Below the pieces are notes generated by a model, which ran no database searches, was not told where the DNA came from, and saw nothing but the letters and a program-made list of their open reading frames with translations. From Planctomycetes bacterium B3_Pla (GTDB lineage Bacteria; Planctomycetota; Phycisphaerae; Sedimentisphaerales; Anaerobacaceae), in the NCBI GenBank assembly GCA_005223045.1, contig NJBM01000009.1, positions 61,732 through 85,731 of the forward strand: 24,000 nucleotides of DNA, read 5' to 3'. Made by a program: the position numbers and the translations under genes. Below are positions 8,595 through 16,829 of the stretch, in pieces; within the stretch, counting starts at the first letter, position 1, and each line of letters opens with the position of its first letter.

Positions 8595-9971
8595 ATGAAG
8601 AGAAATGAGAGAGTTTGGGCCTTGTCCTTCTGCCTGTTGTTTGCAGCGGGCGGCACGGCTGCTTTGGCACAGGTTGGCAGCCGCGGGGGCGACAAGAAGG
8701 TAGTTTACAGGGAAATCGAGATATTTCCTCTTGTTAGTCAGCATGTGCACGGCTCGACAATCGTTGAGCTGCCGAACGGCGACTTGCTGGCGGCGTGGTT
8801 CCAGGGTTCCGGCGAGCGATGGGCCGACGACGTGGCGATCATGGGGGCGAGGCTCCGGGCCGGCAAAGAAAAGTGGACCAAGCCGTTTGTAATGGCGGAC
8901 GTCCCCGGGTTTCCTGACGTCAATCCAATTCTGTTCCTTGACCCACAGGATCGACTCTGGCTTATGTGGTACACGGTGATCGCCAACCAATGGGAGACAT
9001 CACTGCCCAAATACCGGATCAGCGAAAACTATATGACGCCGGACGGTCCGCCGGAATGGTCATGGCAGGATGTTTTGCACGTAAAACCGGGCGACCCGGC
9101 CGAACGCGGCATACAGCCCGGCGACCGCTTCGTCAAATCTGTCGAGAGACAAATCAGCGAGTATGCAGAGTACATTTCTAAGAACAGCAGGATGCCGGAG
9201 CAGGTTATGCTAAGCAGGATCGAGCGATGGAAAGAGGACCTGCTTGCCAAAGCTCGGGGGCAGAACATGATCCGGAAAGGCCGGCTTTACGATGCCGAAG
9301 GCCGATCCACTGAGAAGCAATTAGGTTATGCGTATTTTCGCCGGGTGGGCTGGCAGACCAAGAACAAAGCCGTGATCGTTGACAAAAACCGAATCATCGT
9401 GCCGCTTTACTCGGATGGATTCAGCTTTTCGCTGATGGCGATAACTGACAACGGCGGCAAAACCTGGCAGTTCAGCGAACCGCTCGTGGCACCCGGAAAT
9501 ATCCAGGCAAGTATTGCAAAAAAACGCGATGGGATGCTCGTTGCCTACATGCGGGACAACGGGCCTCCGCCCCAGCGTCTTCACGTGAGCACTTCCAAAG
9601 ACAAAGGTATGACGTGGAGCACGGTAAATGATTCCGAATTGCCCAATCCGGGATCGGGGGCCGATCTTGTCACCCTGAGAAACGGCCACTGGGTGCTGGC
9701 TTACAACGACACTGAAGACGGCAGACACAGCCTGGCTGTGTCGATTTCAACCGATGAGGGAAAGAGCTGGGAACATACCCGCCATCTCGAACTGGACACA
9801 CGCGACAGGGCGGTTGCAACCAGCAGCGCCTATCCGTCTATTATCCAGGGTCGTGACAAAACGTTGCACGTTGTTTACAGCTATCATCACAGGGACCGAG
9901 AGGGCGGTCCGCACAAGACCATCAAGTACGCGCAATTCAACGAAGCGTGGGTAATGCAAGGTGATAAATAA
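8595..9971 (+). CDS. Secreted BNR/Asp-box beta-propeller, sialidase-like (BNR_2 type)
   Basis: Signal peptide: MKRNERVWALSFCLLFAAGGTAALAQ. There are three Asp-box motifs (SxDxGxTW): TDNGGKTWQ, SKDKGMTWS, STDEGKSWE. HGSTIVELPNGDLLAAWFQGSGE is typical of BNR_2 sialidase-like proteins. I did not see a clear FRIP motif, so true sialidase activity is not established. Confidence 0.75.
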   Translation: MKRNERVWALSFCLLFAAGGTAALAQVGSRGGDKKVVYREIEIFPLVSQHVHGSTIVELPNGDLLAAWFQGSGERWADDVAIMGARLRAGKEKWTKPFVMADVPGFPDVNPILFLDPQDRLWLMWYTVIANQWETSLPKYRISENYMTPDGPPEWSWQDVLHVKPGDPAERGIQPGDRFVKSVERQISEYAEYISKNSRMPEQVMLSRIERWKEDLLAKARGQNMIRKGRLYDAEGRSTEKQLGYAYFRRVGWQTKNKAVIVDKNRIIVPLYSDGFSFSLMAITDNGGKTWQFSEPLVAPGNIQASIAKKRDGMLVAYMRDNGPPPQRLHVSTSKDKGMTWSTVNDSELPNPGSGADLVTLRNGHWVLAYNDTEDGRHSLAVSISTDEGKSWEHTRHLELDTRDRAVATSSAYPSIIQGRDKTLHVVYSYHHRDREGGPHKTIKYAQFNEAWVMQGDK

Positions 9972-9992
9972 TTGCAAAGAGGGAGCAGATTC

Positions 9993-11177
9993 ATGAGACG
10001 GCGGGAATTTATTAAGAACACTGCGGCTGGACTGGCGGCGTTTGGCTCGACCCGACCGAAGAGTGCCGGGGCGAAGGGCTCGAAATATAGAGTTGCGGTT
10101 ATCGGCAGGACCGGCAAAGGTAATTACGGTCACGGGCTGGATGTAGTCTGGAACGATGTAGAGCAGGCCGAAGTCGTAGCCGTTGCGGATGAAGATTCTA
10201 AAGGCCGTGCCGGAGCGGCCAAAAGGCTCAAAGCGCCGAAAGCTTATGCGGATTATCGCCGGATGCTTAAAGAGGAGCATCCGCAGATCGTCAGTGTCGC
10301 CCCCCGCTGGTTGGATTGTCATCGCGATATGGTGCTGGCCTGCGCTGAGTTTGACTGTCACGTATTTCTTGAAAAGCCTATGTGCCAGACACTCGATCAG
10401 GCCGACGAGATGATCGCCGCTCTTGAGAAGCGGAACCTGAAGCTCGCTATCGCCCACCAGACTCGTTACAGTCCGTCGCTGAGGCATGCGCAGCGAATCA
10501 TCGCCGATGGAGTATTAGGGGACATAGTCGAATTACGGGGCAGAGGCAAAGAAGATCGTCGGGGCGGCGGTGAGGACTTGATGGTGCTCGGCACGCACGT
10601 TATGGACCTGATGCGTCTGTTCGCGGGCGATCCACAATGGTGCTTTGCAAGTGTGAACGATGGCGGAAATCCTGTTACGAGCAATGAGGTGCGCGACGGA
10701 GCCGAAGGCATCGGCCCGCTTGCCGGGGATGAGATTCATGCGACGTATGCTTTTGGCGGTACGAAAATGGGCTATTTCTCGACACATCGCGCCCGGTATG
10801 GAGCGGCGAAACGCTTCGGGCTTCAGGTTCTTGGAACGAAGGGAATACTCACCATGACGACCGGTGTGCTGCCGGAGATTTGGTTCGTCGAAGATCCCTC
10901 CTGGCAGCCCGGGCGCAGCAAGGCCCAATGGAAGCGGGTAACCAGCGCCGGAATCGACAAGCCTGAAACGCTTGCTGATCGGGGCCACGCTCTCGGCAAT
11001 CGTCTGATAGCGCTCGACCTGATCCGGGCCATTGAGACGAACACACAGCCCAAGGGCAGCGCTTACGACGGTCGGGCCGCTCTGGAGATGATATTGGCCG
11101 TGTATGAATCGCACCGGCTCGGTGCGCCTGCAAGGCTGCCGCTCAAGAACCGCCGGCATCCTTTGAGTATGCTGTGA
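9993..11177 (+). CDS. Gfo/Idh/MocA-family oxidoreductase with Tat signal (second paralogue class)
   Basis: ORF 9972..11177. Likely start is ATG 9993 after GAGGGAG. The N-terminus MRRREFIKNTAAGLAAFGS is a Tat signal. VAVIGRTGKGNYGHG is the nucleotide-binding turn. It lies 21 nt downstream of the BNR gene. Confidence 0.85.
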   Translation: MRRREFIKNTAAGLAAFGSTRPKSAGAKGSKYRVAVIGRTGKGNYGHGLDVVWNDVEQAEVVAVADEDSKGRAGAAKRLKAPKAYADYRRMLKEEHPQIVSVAPRWLDCHRDMVLACAEFDCHVFLEKPMCQTLDQADEMIAALEKRNLKLAIAHQTRYSPSLRHAQRIIADGVLGDIVELRGRGKEDRRGGGEDLMVLGTHVMDLMRLFAGDPQWCFASVNDGGNPVTSNEVRDGAEGIGPLAGDEIHATYAFGGTKMGYFSTHRARYGAAKRFGLQVLGTKGILTMTTGVLPEIWFVEDPSWQPGRSKAQWKRVTSAGIDKPETLADRGHALGNRLIALDLIRAIETNTQPKGSAYDGRAALEMILAVYESHRLGAPARLPLKNRRHPLSML

Positions 11178-11182
11178 AAATC

Positions 11183-12148
11183 CTATTCGACGAGTGTGCC
11201 GGTACAACTGGAACCGGCCCCGGCAGTGCAGCAGAAACAGTGCTCGCCCGTAATCAGTTCAATGCCCTCGCTGAGAGATTGTTCCAGTCGCTCGATTGAG
11301 ACAACCCGCCCGCTGGAATCGATTATGGGCAGGCCGAGGGCCTGATTAAAATCACAGTTGTACGCTGCTCCGTCGTAACCGATGCTGATTAACGTTCGGC
11401 ACATGATATTGTCGGCAGCCTTGGGATTGAAATTGTCCACCAGCAGCTTCCGGTATCGTTCAAGCTGCCCGTTTGTCTCTAAGTGGCGTTTGAATCTGCC
11501 TATGGGTGCGTTGGTAATCGTAAGGAGCTTGTTGAACCGCACGTTGTATTTTTCGTAGAGTTCCCTCTTATAGTCAACTTCAAGCTGGTCCTGCCGCCCG
11601 GGCAGGAAATCTCCACCCGGATTGTAAACCAGATTCATCTCCAGTCGTCCGTTGACGCCGTAGCCCAGATCATTGAGCATCCTTAGCGCTGCGATGCTCT
11701 TGGTGAACGCACCGGCACCGCGTTGTCCATCGACATTTTCCGCTGTATAGCAGGGCAGGGAAACCATCAGCACCACCTTCTTTTCGCTGTACCAGTTAGG
11801 CGCCCAGCTCAGGTCCGGCTCGAAAAAGACGGTTACATTAGTTCGCACCATAAGACGCCGGGCCAGTTCACAAACGCCGTCAACAAAGAACTTGAAATCA
11901 GGATTTAGCTCGGGACAGCCGCCTGTAATATCTACGGTAAGTCCGGGACGCCTTCTCAAAAAATCAATAACCCTCTCCATCACCTCTTTCGGCATTACCT
12001 TCTTGCCGTTCGGGCCGGCCTGCACGTGGCAGTGTGCGCAACTCTGGTTGCATCTGTCGCCTAAGTTGACCTGCAATGTCTCAAGCTGATCGAGGCGCAA
12101 CAGCCGGGGGTCAATATTCTCAAGCTCTTTACTAAAGTCTATAATCAT
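11183..12148 (-). CDS. arsS: Arsenosugar biosynthesis radical SAM protein ArsS (radical SAM plus Cys-rich C-terminal domain)
   Basis: The radical SAM CxxxCxxC motif appears in LGDRCNQSCAHCHVQAG. Overall similarity from MIIDFSKELE...TGGCPELNP onward matches the rSAM/Cys-rich family, which I recall as TIGR04167. The Cys-rich tail reads GEHCFCCTAGAGSSCTGTLVE. It sits directly downstream of an ArsM-like methyltransferase, as in Synechocystis. Confidence 0.8.
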   Translation of the reverse strand: MIIDFSKELENIDPRLLRLDQLETLQVNLGDRCNQSCAHCHVQAGPNGKKVMPKEVMERVIDFLRRRPGLTVDITGGCPELNPDFKFFVDGVCELARRLMVRTNVTVFFEPDLSWAPNWYSEKKVVLMVSLPCYTAENVDGQRGAGAFTKSIAALRMLNDLGYGVNGRLEMNLVYNPGGDFLPGRQDQLEVDYKRELYEKYNVRFNKLLTITNAPIGRFKRHLETNGQLERYRKLLVDNFNPKAADNIMCRTLISIGYDGAAYNCDFNQALGLPIIDSSGRVVSIERLEQSLSEGIELITGEHCFCCTAGAGSSCTGTLVE

Positions 12149-12175
12149 TTTCTCTCTGCTTTCTTAGCCGGTGCA

Positions 12176-13243
12176 TTAACAACAGGGAGGATTACCAAGC
12201 TCACTTTGACTATGGCGTTCAATGTTTGTGTGGGCCTCGAATTTTCCTAAATGCTCTTTGAAACTGCCCGATACCTCAAAGTGCTTCTTGAATCTGGTTT
12301 GACAAAGCATAATGGCCGTATTACCACATACATTTTCCGACTTATTCTTATCGAATACGTGCCCGGCATCAAGCTCGAATCTGAGCGGGGACCCGGGAAT
12401 CTGTCCGTTGTAAACAGCGATGTGACCGTAATCTTCACAGCCGTCTTCCAAATCTTCGAGTTTCCACAGGCGGTAGGTAATGGAATAGAACTTTATGTTC
12501 CCTACGAGGTTTTGAATCTCCTTATTGCTTACGTCAATTGTCCGTTTTGAGACAATGCGAGGGTCTGAGAAACCGACCTTCCCGGCTATTCTCTCAAAGT
12601 CTCGCTGGTACAAAGCGCCGCCGAGACATTCACCGCGCAAAACCGGATCTTCGGACATCTCTTTCGGCACTCTTCTGTCGGTATAGACATCCGAAAAATA
12701 CATCTCTCCTCCAAACTTCAGTATTTGATAAACGCTCCTCAGGATGGCCTCCTTGTCTTCGGTAAGATTGATCACACAATTAGACGTGACCACGTCCAGT
12801 GATTCTCTCTCGAAATATTCCGGGATATTCTCGATATAGTCGAAGATGAATTTGACATTTGGCACGCTGTAGCCAAACACTTTGGCCTGTGCCTCAACGT
12901 GCTTTTTAGCGACGGATATTTGATTCTCCGTCATATCTATGCCGTGGACGAATCCCCTTTCGCCGACCAGCTTTGACATCACGTAGCAGTCTCTTCCTGT
13001 CCCACAGCCGAGATCGAGCACCTTGAGGTTCTCCAGACACATCGGAATCGGTGAGCCGCAACCGTAATACTTGTCTTTAATTTCCGCGTTTATGAGAGGC
13101 AGGACCTCTGCCAGGTGATGGGGGATTTTCTGGGTGCTGCAGCATGCCTCTGTCTTCAAATCAGAAGTTTTTTGCACCACCTTCCCGTAATACTCTTTCA
13201 CAGAATCATAACTGTGGTCGGATTGTAGTACGTCACTATTCAT
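12176..13243 (-). CDS. arsM: As(III) S-adenosylmethionine methyltransferase, ArsM-like
   Basis: ORF 12176..13402. The start is moved to ATG 13243 (MNSDVLQSDH...) because the longer ORF overlaps the upstream GT2 gene; GGAGG lies about 12 nt upstream. SAM motif: VLDLGCGTGRD. All four ArsM-type cysteine contexts are present: EACCS, YYGCGSP, SNCVINL, GECLGGAL. The protein ends in vicinal Cys-Cys (PPCC). Confidence 0.75.
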   Translation of the reverse strand: MNSDVLQSDHSYDSVKEYYGKVVQKTSDLKTEACCSTQKIPHHLAEVLPLINAEIKDKYYGCGSPIPMCLENLKVLDLGCGTGRDCYVMSKLVGERGFVHGIDMTENQISVAKKHVEAQAKVFGYSVPNVKFIFDYIENIPEYFERESLDVVTSNCVINLTEDKEAILRSVYQILKFGGEMYFSDVYTDRRVPKEMSEDPVLRGECLGGALYQRDFERIAGKVGFSDPRIVSKRTIDVSNKEIQNLVGNIKFYSITYRLWKLEDLEDGCEDYGHIAVYNGQIPGSPLRFELDAGHVFDKNKSENVCGNTAIMLCQTRFKKHFEVSGSFKEHLGKFEAHTNIERHSQSELGNPPCC

Positions 13244-13245
13244 AG

Positions 13246-14007
13246 TTATTGCGATTGCCTCCAATAATGTTTTGCGAGCCAACCCGGACTGACACCGAGA
13301 CGGAACAGGGCCACCAGCACCTGATTCCTCAACGTAGTGCAGATAGCTCCATCGCGTTCCCATCTTCGTGCCGAAGTCACTACTTTGTCCGGCAGTATGC
13401 AAATCTTTCTTCCATCTTTTTTTATACGGCGCATCAGCTCCACATCTTCCATCAGCGGAATATCTTTGAATCCGCCGATCTGATCGAAGTATTTCTTCCT
13501 CAAGAAAATCGCCTGGTCTCCGTATGGGATTCTATTCCACCGGGAACGAATACTGGCGCGGACCGAGATATATCTCAAAAAGAACCTGTCCGAATCTATT
13601 TTAAGATCAAAAGCCCCTCCGACATAATCGGAGTCTTCCATGACCCGGTGGATTTTCTCCGGAGCGCCGTGCGGCAACGTCGTGTCGGCGTGCAGGAAAA
13701 TCAGTATTTCTCCACTCGCCGCTGCGGCGCCGGCGTTCATCTGCCTGCCTCGGCCCTTGCTCGCCGTAATGGCGATCACATCCTTGTCTCGTAGAACCCC
13801 GACCGTGCCGCCCTGTGGATCGCCGTCAACAACAATAACTTCGCAAAACGATTTAAGGTCCTGATTGCGCAGATTATCGATAAGCGAGTTGATCCGATCT
13901 GCCTCATCCAGAACAGGGACTATTATTGAAAAGTAGCATTGGCTTGATTCCCTCCGCCTATTTGTGTCACAGGTTGTCAAATTACCATTGCTCATTCTGT
14001 ATCGCAT
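13246..14007 (-). CDS. Family 2 glycosyltransferase of the rSAM-associated / arsenosugar-biosynthesis type (recalled as TIGR04283-like)
   Basis: The GT-A fold motifs FSIIVPVLDEADRI, VIVVDGDPQGGT and ILIFLHADT are present. The C-terminal half, YGDQAIFLRKKYFDQIGGF...PLMEDVELMRRI...ARRWERDG, matches that family. Its stop is 2 nt before the ArsM start. The start is ambiguous: ATG 14007, ATG 13995, or TTG 14028, which has AAGGA 6 nt upstream. The track start 14034 is another TTG. Confidence 0.7.
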   Translation of the reverse strand: MRYRMSNGNLTTCDTNRRRESSQCYFSIIVPVLDEADRINSLIDNLRNQDLKSFCEVIVVDGDPQGGTVGVLRDKDVIAITASKGRGRQMNAGAAAASGEILIFLHADTTLPHGAPEKIHRVMEDSDYVGGAFDLKIDSDRFFLRYISVRASIRSRWNRIPYGDQAIFLRKKYFDQIGGFKDIPLMEDVELMRRIKKDGRKICILPDKVVTSARRWERDGAICTTLRNQVLVALFRLGVSPGWLAKHYWRQSQ

Positions 14008-14037
14008 AAACAAACATATCCACGACAAGGGCAATCC

Positions 14038-14670
14038 TTAAAAATTAGCGGCTATTTCCTTCGCCCGGTCGAGAGCTTCCTGCCGTTTTGCTTTTGCAAC
14101 ATCCGGGCCACCCTGCAAAGTAGGCTCGACAACTACGGACCGTATGTCCTTGAAACCCATGAAGCCAAAGATCAACTCGATGTATTTGGTTTGCAGGTCG
14201 AACGCTTCAGCCCCGCCGCCGACGGGATATTCCCCGCCGCGGGCGCAGACGGCCAGCAATGGTTTTCCAACGACAAGGCCCTCATACCCTTTGTCTTCGC
14301 TATAGCTGAATGTGTAGCCGGGCTGAACCAGAATGTCAATGTACTGCTTGAGCCTGTACGGAATGCCGAAATTCCACATCGGCACGGCAAACACATACTT
14401 ATCCGCCGCGGTGAACTGCTCGATCACCCGCTCAACATTCTTCCATGCCTGCTGTTCCTCCTGCGTATGCGCCTGCCCGTGCAAGATCGTATATTTGGCC
14501 TGCACGGCGAGACCATCAAAATTTGGGAGCGGCGCATCGAACAAGTTCAAAGCCACAATCTCATCGTCCGGATGCGCTCGTTGGTACTCTCCGACGAACG
14601 CATCGGCAACGGCAATCGAGTGTGATCTTTGAATTCTCGGGGAAGCCTGAATATATAGAAGTTTGCTCAT
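14038..14670 (-). CDS. azoR: FMN-dependent NADH-azoreductase / quinone reductase (AzoR family)
   Basis: MSKLLYIQASPRIQRSHSIAVADAF...VPMWNFGIPYRLKQYIDILVQPGYTF is the characteristic AzoR (AcpD-like flavodoxin fold) sequence. AAGGAAG lies upstream of ATG 14670. Confidence 0.8.
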   Translation of the reverse strand: MSKLLYIQASPRIQRSHSIAVADAFVGEYQRAHPDDEIVALNLFDAPLPNFDGLAVQAKYTILHGQAHTQEEQQAWKNVERVIEQFTAADKYVFAVPMWNFGIPYRLKQYIDILVQPGYTFSYSEDKGYEGLVVGKPLLAVCARGGEYPVGGGAEAFDLQTKYIELIFGFMGFKDIRSVVVEPTLQGGPDVAKAKRQEALDRAKEIAANF

Positions 14671-14700
14671 GGCTTTCTTCCTTTCTGAACTTCACTGGCG

Positions 14701-15129
14701 CTATTTGCCAAGGGCCTGTCTCAGATCCATGGCATGCTCCTGCTCGGTGGCAAGGATGTTTCTGAGCTGCTGCGCCAGCGCGAACTCCTTGAGCTGCTCA
14801 GCCTGTTCTATTCTTATTTTGTATCTCTTTATTGCATCCTCTTCGCCGTCCAGATCCTGCCGCAGCATTTCATCGTTTTCCTCCGATGTCCTGATCTTGC
14901 CGACTACAACGGTGGGTGAGCCTCGGAGATAATCTATCTGGTCCGCCAGAACCATGGCGTGCTGAATTTCCTCGTTCGCGTGGATCTTAAGCTCCTTTAT
15001 GATGTCTCCGTAAGCCGCCCCGGTCATTACCGCCCCGTGATTTATGTACTGTATCGCGGCAGAGTACTCAAGCTCCAAATCCATATTCAGCAAATCAATC
15101 AGTTTTTCTGTTGTCACTTCCATTTTCAT
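14701..15129 (-). CDS. Ferritin-like diiron four-helix-bundle protein (bacterioferritin/Dps-like)
   Basis: Paired ligand motifs are present: ELEYSAA, then EEIQHA, and EEDAIKRY, then EQEHAMD (E...ExxH twice). The protein is about 140 aa. The second ATG (15123) has better spacing to GAGAGG, so the start may be 15123. Confidence 0.7.
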   Translation of the reverse strand: MKMEVTTEKLIDLLNMDLELEYSAAIQYINHGAVMTGAAYGDIIKELKIHANEEIQHAMVLADQIDYLRGSPTVVVGKIRTSEENDEMLRQDLDGEEDAIKRYKIRIEQAEQLKEFALAQQLRNILATEQEHAMDLRQALGK

Positions 15130-15148
15130 TGCCTCTCATATACATATA

Positions 15149-15709
15149 TCATTTTCCCGGTTTCCACTTTATGTTGCAGCCTATGCTCGGCTTTTGCTCT
15201 TCGGAGACCGGCTTTCCTTCCAGAACGGCATCAATCGCCGCGGAAAGGTCCGCTCCGGTGACAGGCAGGCCGTTGCCGGGCCGGCTGTCGTCCAACTGGC
15301 CCCGATAGACAAGCGTTCCTTCGCTGTCGAACAGAAAGAAATCCGGAGTGCAGGCGGCGCTGTATGACCTGGCAACTTCCTGCGTCTCGTCATAGAGATA
15401 GGGAAAAGTAAACCCAAATTCTCTTGCCGTCTCAGCCATCAGCTCGGGGCTGTCGTCCGGAAAATTTGCAACGTCATTTGAATTAATCCCGATGATTGCT
15501 ACTCCTTTTGCCTGATACTCTCCAGCCAACTCGACGAGAGGATTCAGAATATGTTTTACGAACGGACAATGGTTACACATAAAAATAACCAACAAAGCCG
15601 GTGCTTCGGCAAAGTCGCCCAGAGACACAGTGTTGCCCGTCGTATCGGGCAGGTTAAATTCGGGCGCCGATGTTCCAAGAGGAAGCATTTTTGATGCTGT
15701 AACAACCAT
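15149..15709 (-). CDS. Thioredoxin-fold protein, PRX-like/AhpC-TSA-like with CxxC (CNHCP)
   Basis: ORF 15149..15730; the track start is TTG. I prefer ATG 15709, which follows AAGGAG plus 6 nt. LPLGTSAPEFNLPDTTGNTVSLGDF...ALLVIFMCNHCPFVKH is typical of the PRX-like thioredoxin family. Confidence 0.75.
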   Translation of the reverse strand: MVVTASKMLPLGTSAPEFNLPDTTGNTVSLGDFAEAPALLVIFMCNHCPFVKHILNPLVELAGEYQAKGVAIIGINSNDVANFPDDSPELMAETAREFGFTFPYLYDETQEVARSYSAACTPDFFLFDSEGTLVYRGQLDDSRPGNGLPVTGADLSAAIDAVLEGKPVSEEQKPSIGCNIKWKPGK

Positions 15710-15746
15710 AAGAAACTCCTTATCTGTCAATCAGCCACTGACATAT

Positions 15747-16784
15747 TTACGTGGAAACTTGCAGAGCGATCTTTCCGAATTGTTCTGCCGCTTCCATTTT
15801 GCCCATGGCGTCGGTTACGTTTTCCAACGGCGAGACTGAGTCTAAGATGGGCCGAAGCTTTGCCGTTGTGACTGCCTTGACCATCTGGCGGAAGTCCTCA
15901 TTCGAGCCCATCGTCGAGCCCATGATCGTCAACTGGTTCCAGTAGAGTGCCCGCAAGTTCGTGACGGCTTCTGCGTCGGAAGTTACGCCGCATATTACTA
16001 CCTTGCCGCCGCGGCGCACCGCTGAAAAGTCGATAGGCCAGGTGGCCGCTCCGACGGTATCGACGGCAATATCGACGCCTGCGCCGGATGTGATATCCTT
16101 CACGCATTGCGCTACATCGTCCACAGTTCGGTAATTGATCTTGTGGTCGGCGCCTATTTTGTCGGCCCGATCCAGTTTTTCATCCGATGACGAGGTCACT
16201 ATAACCTCTGCGCCTGCAAGCTTAGCCAACTGCAGGGCGCAAAGAGCGACGCCGCCGCCTATGCCGTGTATCAAAACCGTCTGTCCCGGCCTAAGCCGGG
16301 CTCGCATCATTAGCATTCGCCAGGCGGTGAGGTATGCCAATACAAACGCTCCGGCTTCGTTGAAGCTCATGTGAGAAGGTTTCGGAAACACGTTGCGGGC
16401 CGGCACAGCCACCTGCTCTGCAAACGTCCCCTGGCTGCTCAGCCCTACAATCCCGAATGACGTGCACTCGCTCTGCTCGCCGCGATTGCAATATTCACAG
16501 CGGCCGCAACTGAGACCCGGATTTAAAATCACTTCGTCGCCGACAGTTACGGCACTGACCTTCGCACCGGCGGCCGCTACTATCCCTGCGGCGTCGGAGC
16601 CGAGAATATGCGGCTCAGACAGTTTGAGCCCACTCCGGCCTTTTCTCACCCATATATCCAGATGGTTGAGTCCGGCCGAACGAACGTCCAAAACAACTTC
16701 GTCTTCGGACGGCTCAGGTTCAGGGACGTGCTCGACTTTGAGCCGATCCAGCCCACCATGTTCTCGAATAAACGCTGCTTTCAT
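15747..16784 (-). CDS. Zinc-type medium-chain alcohol dehydrogenase/reductase (MDR family)
   Basis: ORF 15747..16808; likely start is ATG 16784 (MKAAFIREHGG). The structural-zinc Cys cluster is GLSCGRCEYCNRGEQSEC. The nucleotide-binding motif is VLIHGIGGGVALCALQLAKLAG. Confidence 0.8.
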   Translation of the reverse strand: MKAAFIREHGGLDRLKVEHVPEPEPSEDEVVLDVRSAGLNHLDIWVRKGRSGLKLSEPHILGSDAAGIVAAAGAKVSAVTVGDEVILNPGLSCGRCEYCNRGEQSECTSFGIVGLSSQGTFAEQVAVPARNVFPKPSHMSFNEAGAFVLAYLTAWRMLMMRARLRPGQTVLIHGIGGGVALCALQLAKLAGAEVIVTSSSDEKLDRADKIGADHKINYRTVDDVAQCVKDITSGAGVDIAVDTVGAATWPIDFSAVRRGGKVVICGVTSDAEAVTNLRALYWNQLTIMGSTMGSNEDFRQMVKAVTTAKLRPILDSVSPLENVTDAMGKMEAAEQFGKIALQVST

Positions 16785-16829
16785 TACACATACCCCAAAA
16801 AGTAACAACCCCCGCCGATGTGATTCAAC

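Noticed and set aside
9747-11207. 246-aa (9747..10487) and 224-aa (10533..11207) minus-strand ORFs
   Set aside because: They are antisense to the BNR 3' end and the second Gfo/Idh/MocA gene. Accepting them would displace genes with strong signatures.
11183-13243. Possible selenocysteine recoding in ArsS or ArsM
   Set aside because: Both ORFs are continuous with no in-frame TGA. They end at TAG (11183-11185) and TAA (12176-12178), with Cys at the candidate positions. No downstream in-frame extension is needed to complete the domains.
13244-13402. N-terminal 53-codon extension of the ArsM ORF in the track (start 13402)
   Set aside because: The extension overlaps the 3' end of the GT2 gene by about 157 nt. 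ATG 13243 has a GGAGG upstream and gives a normal ArsM N-terminus.
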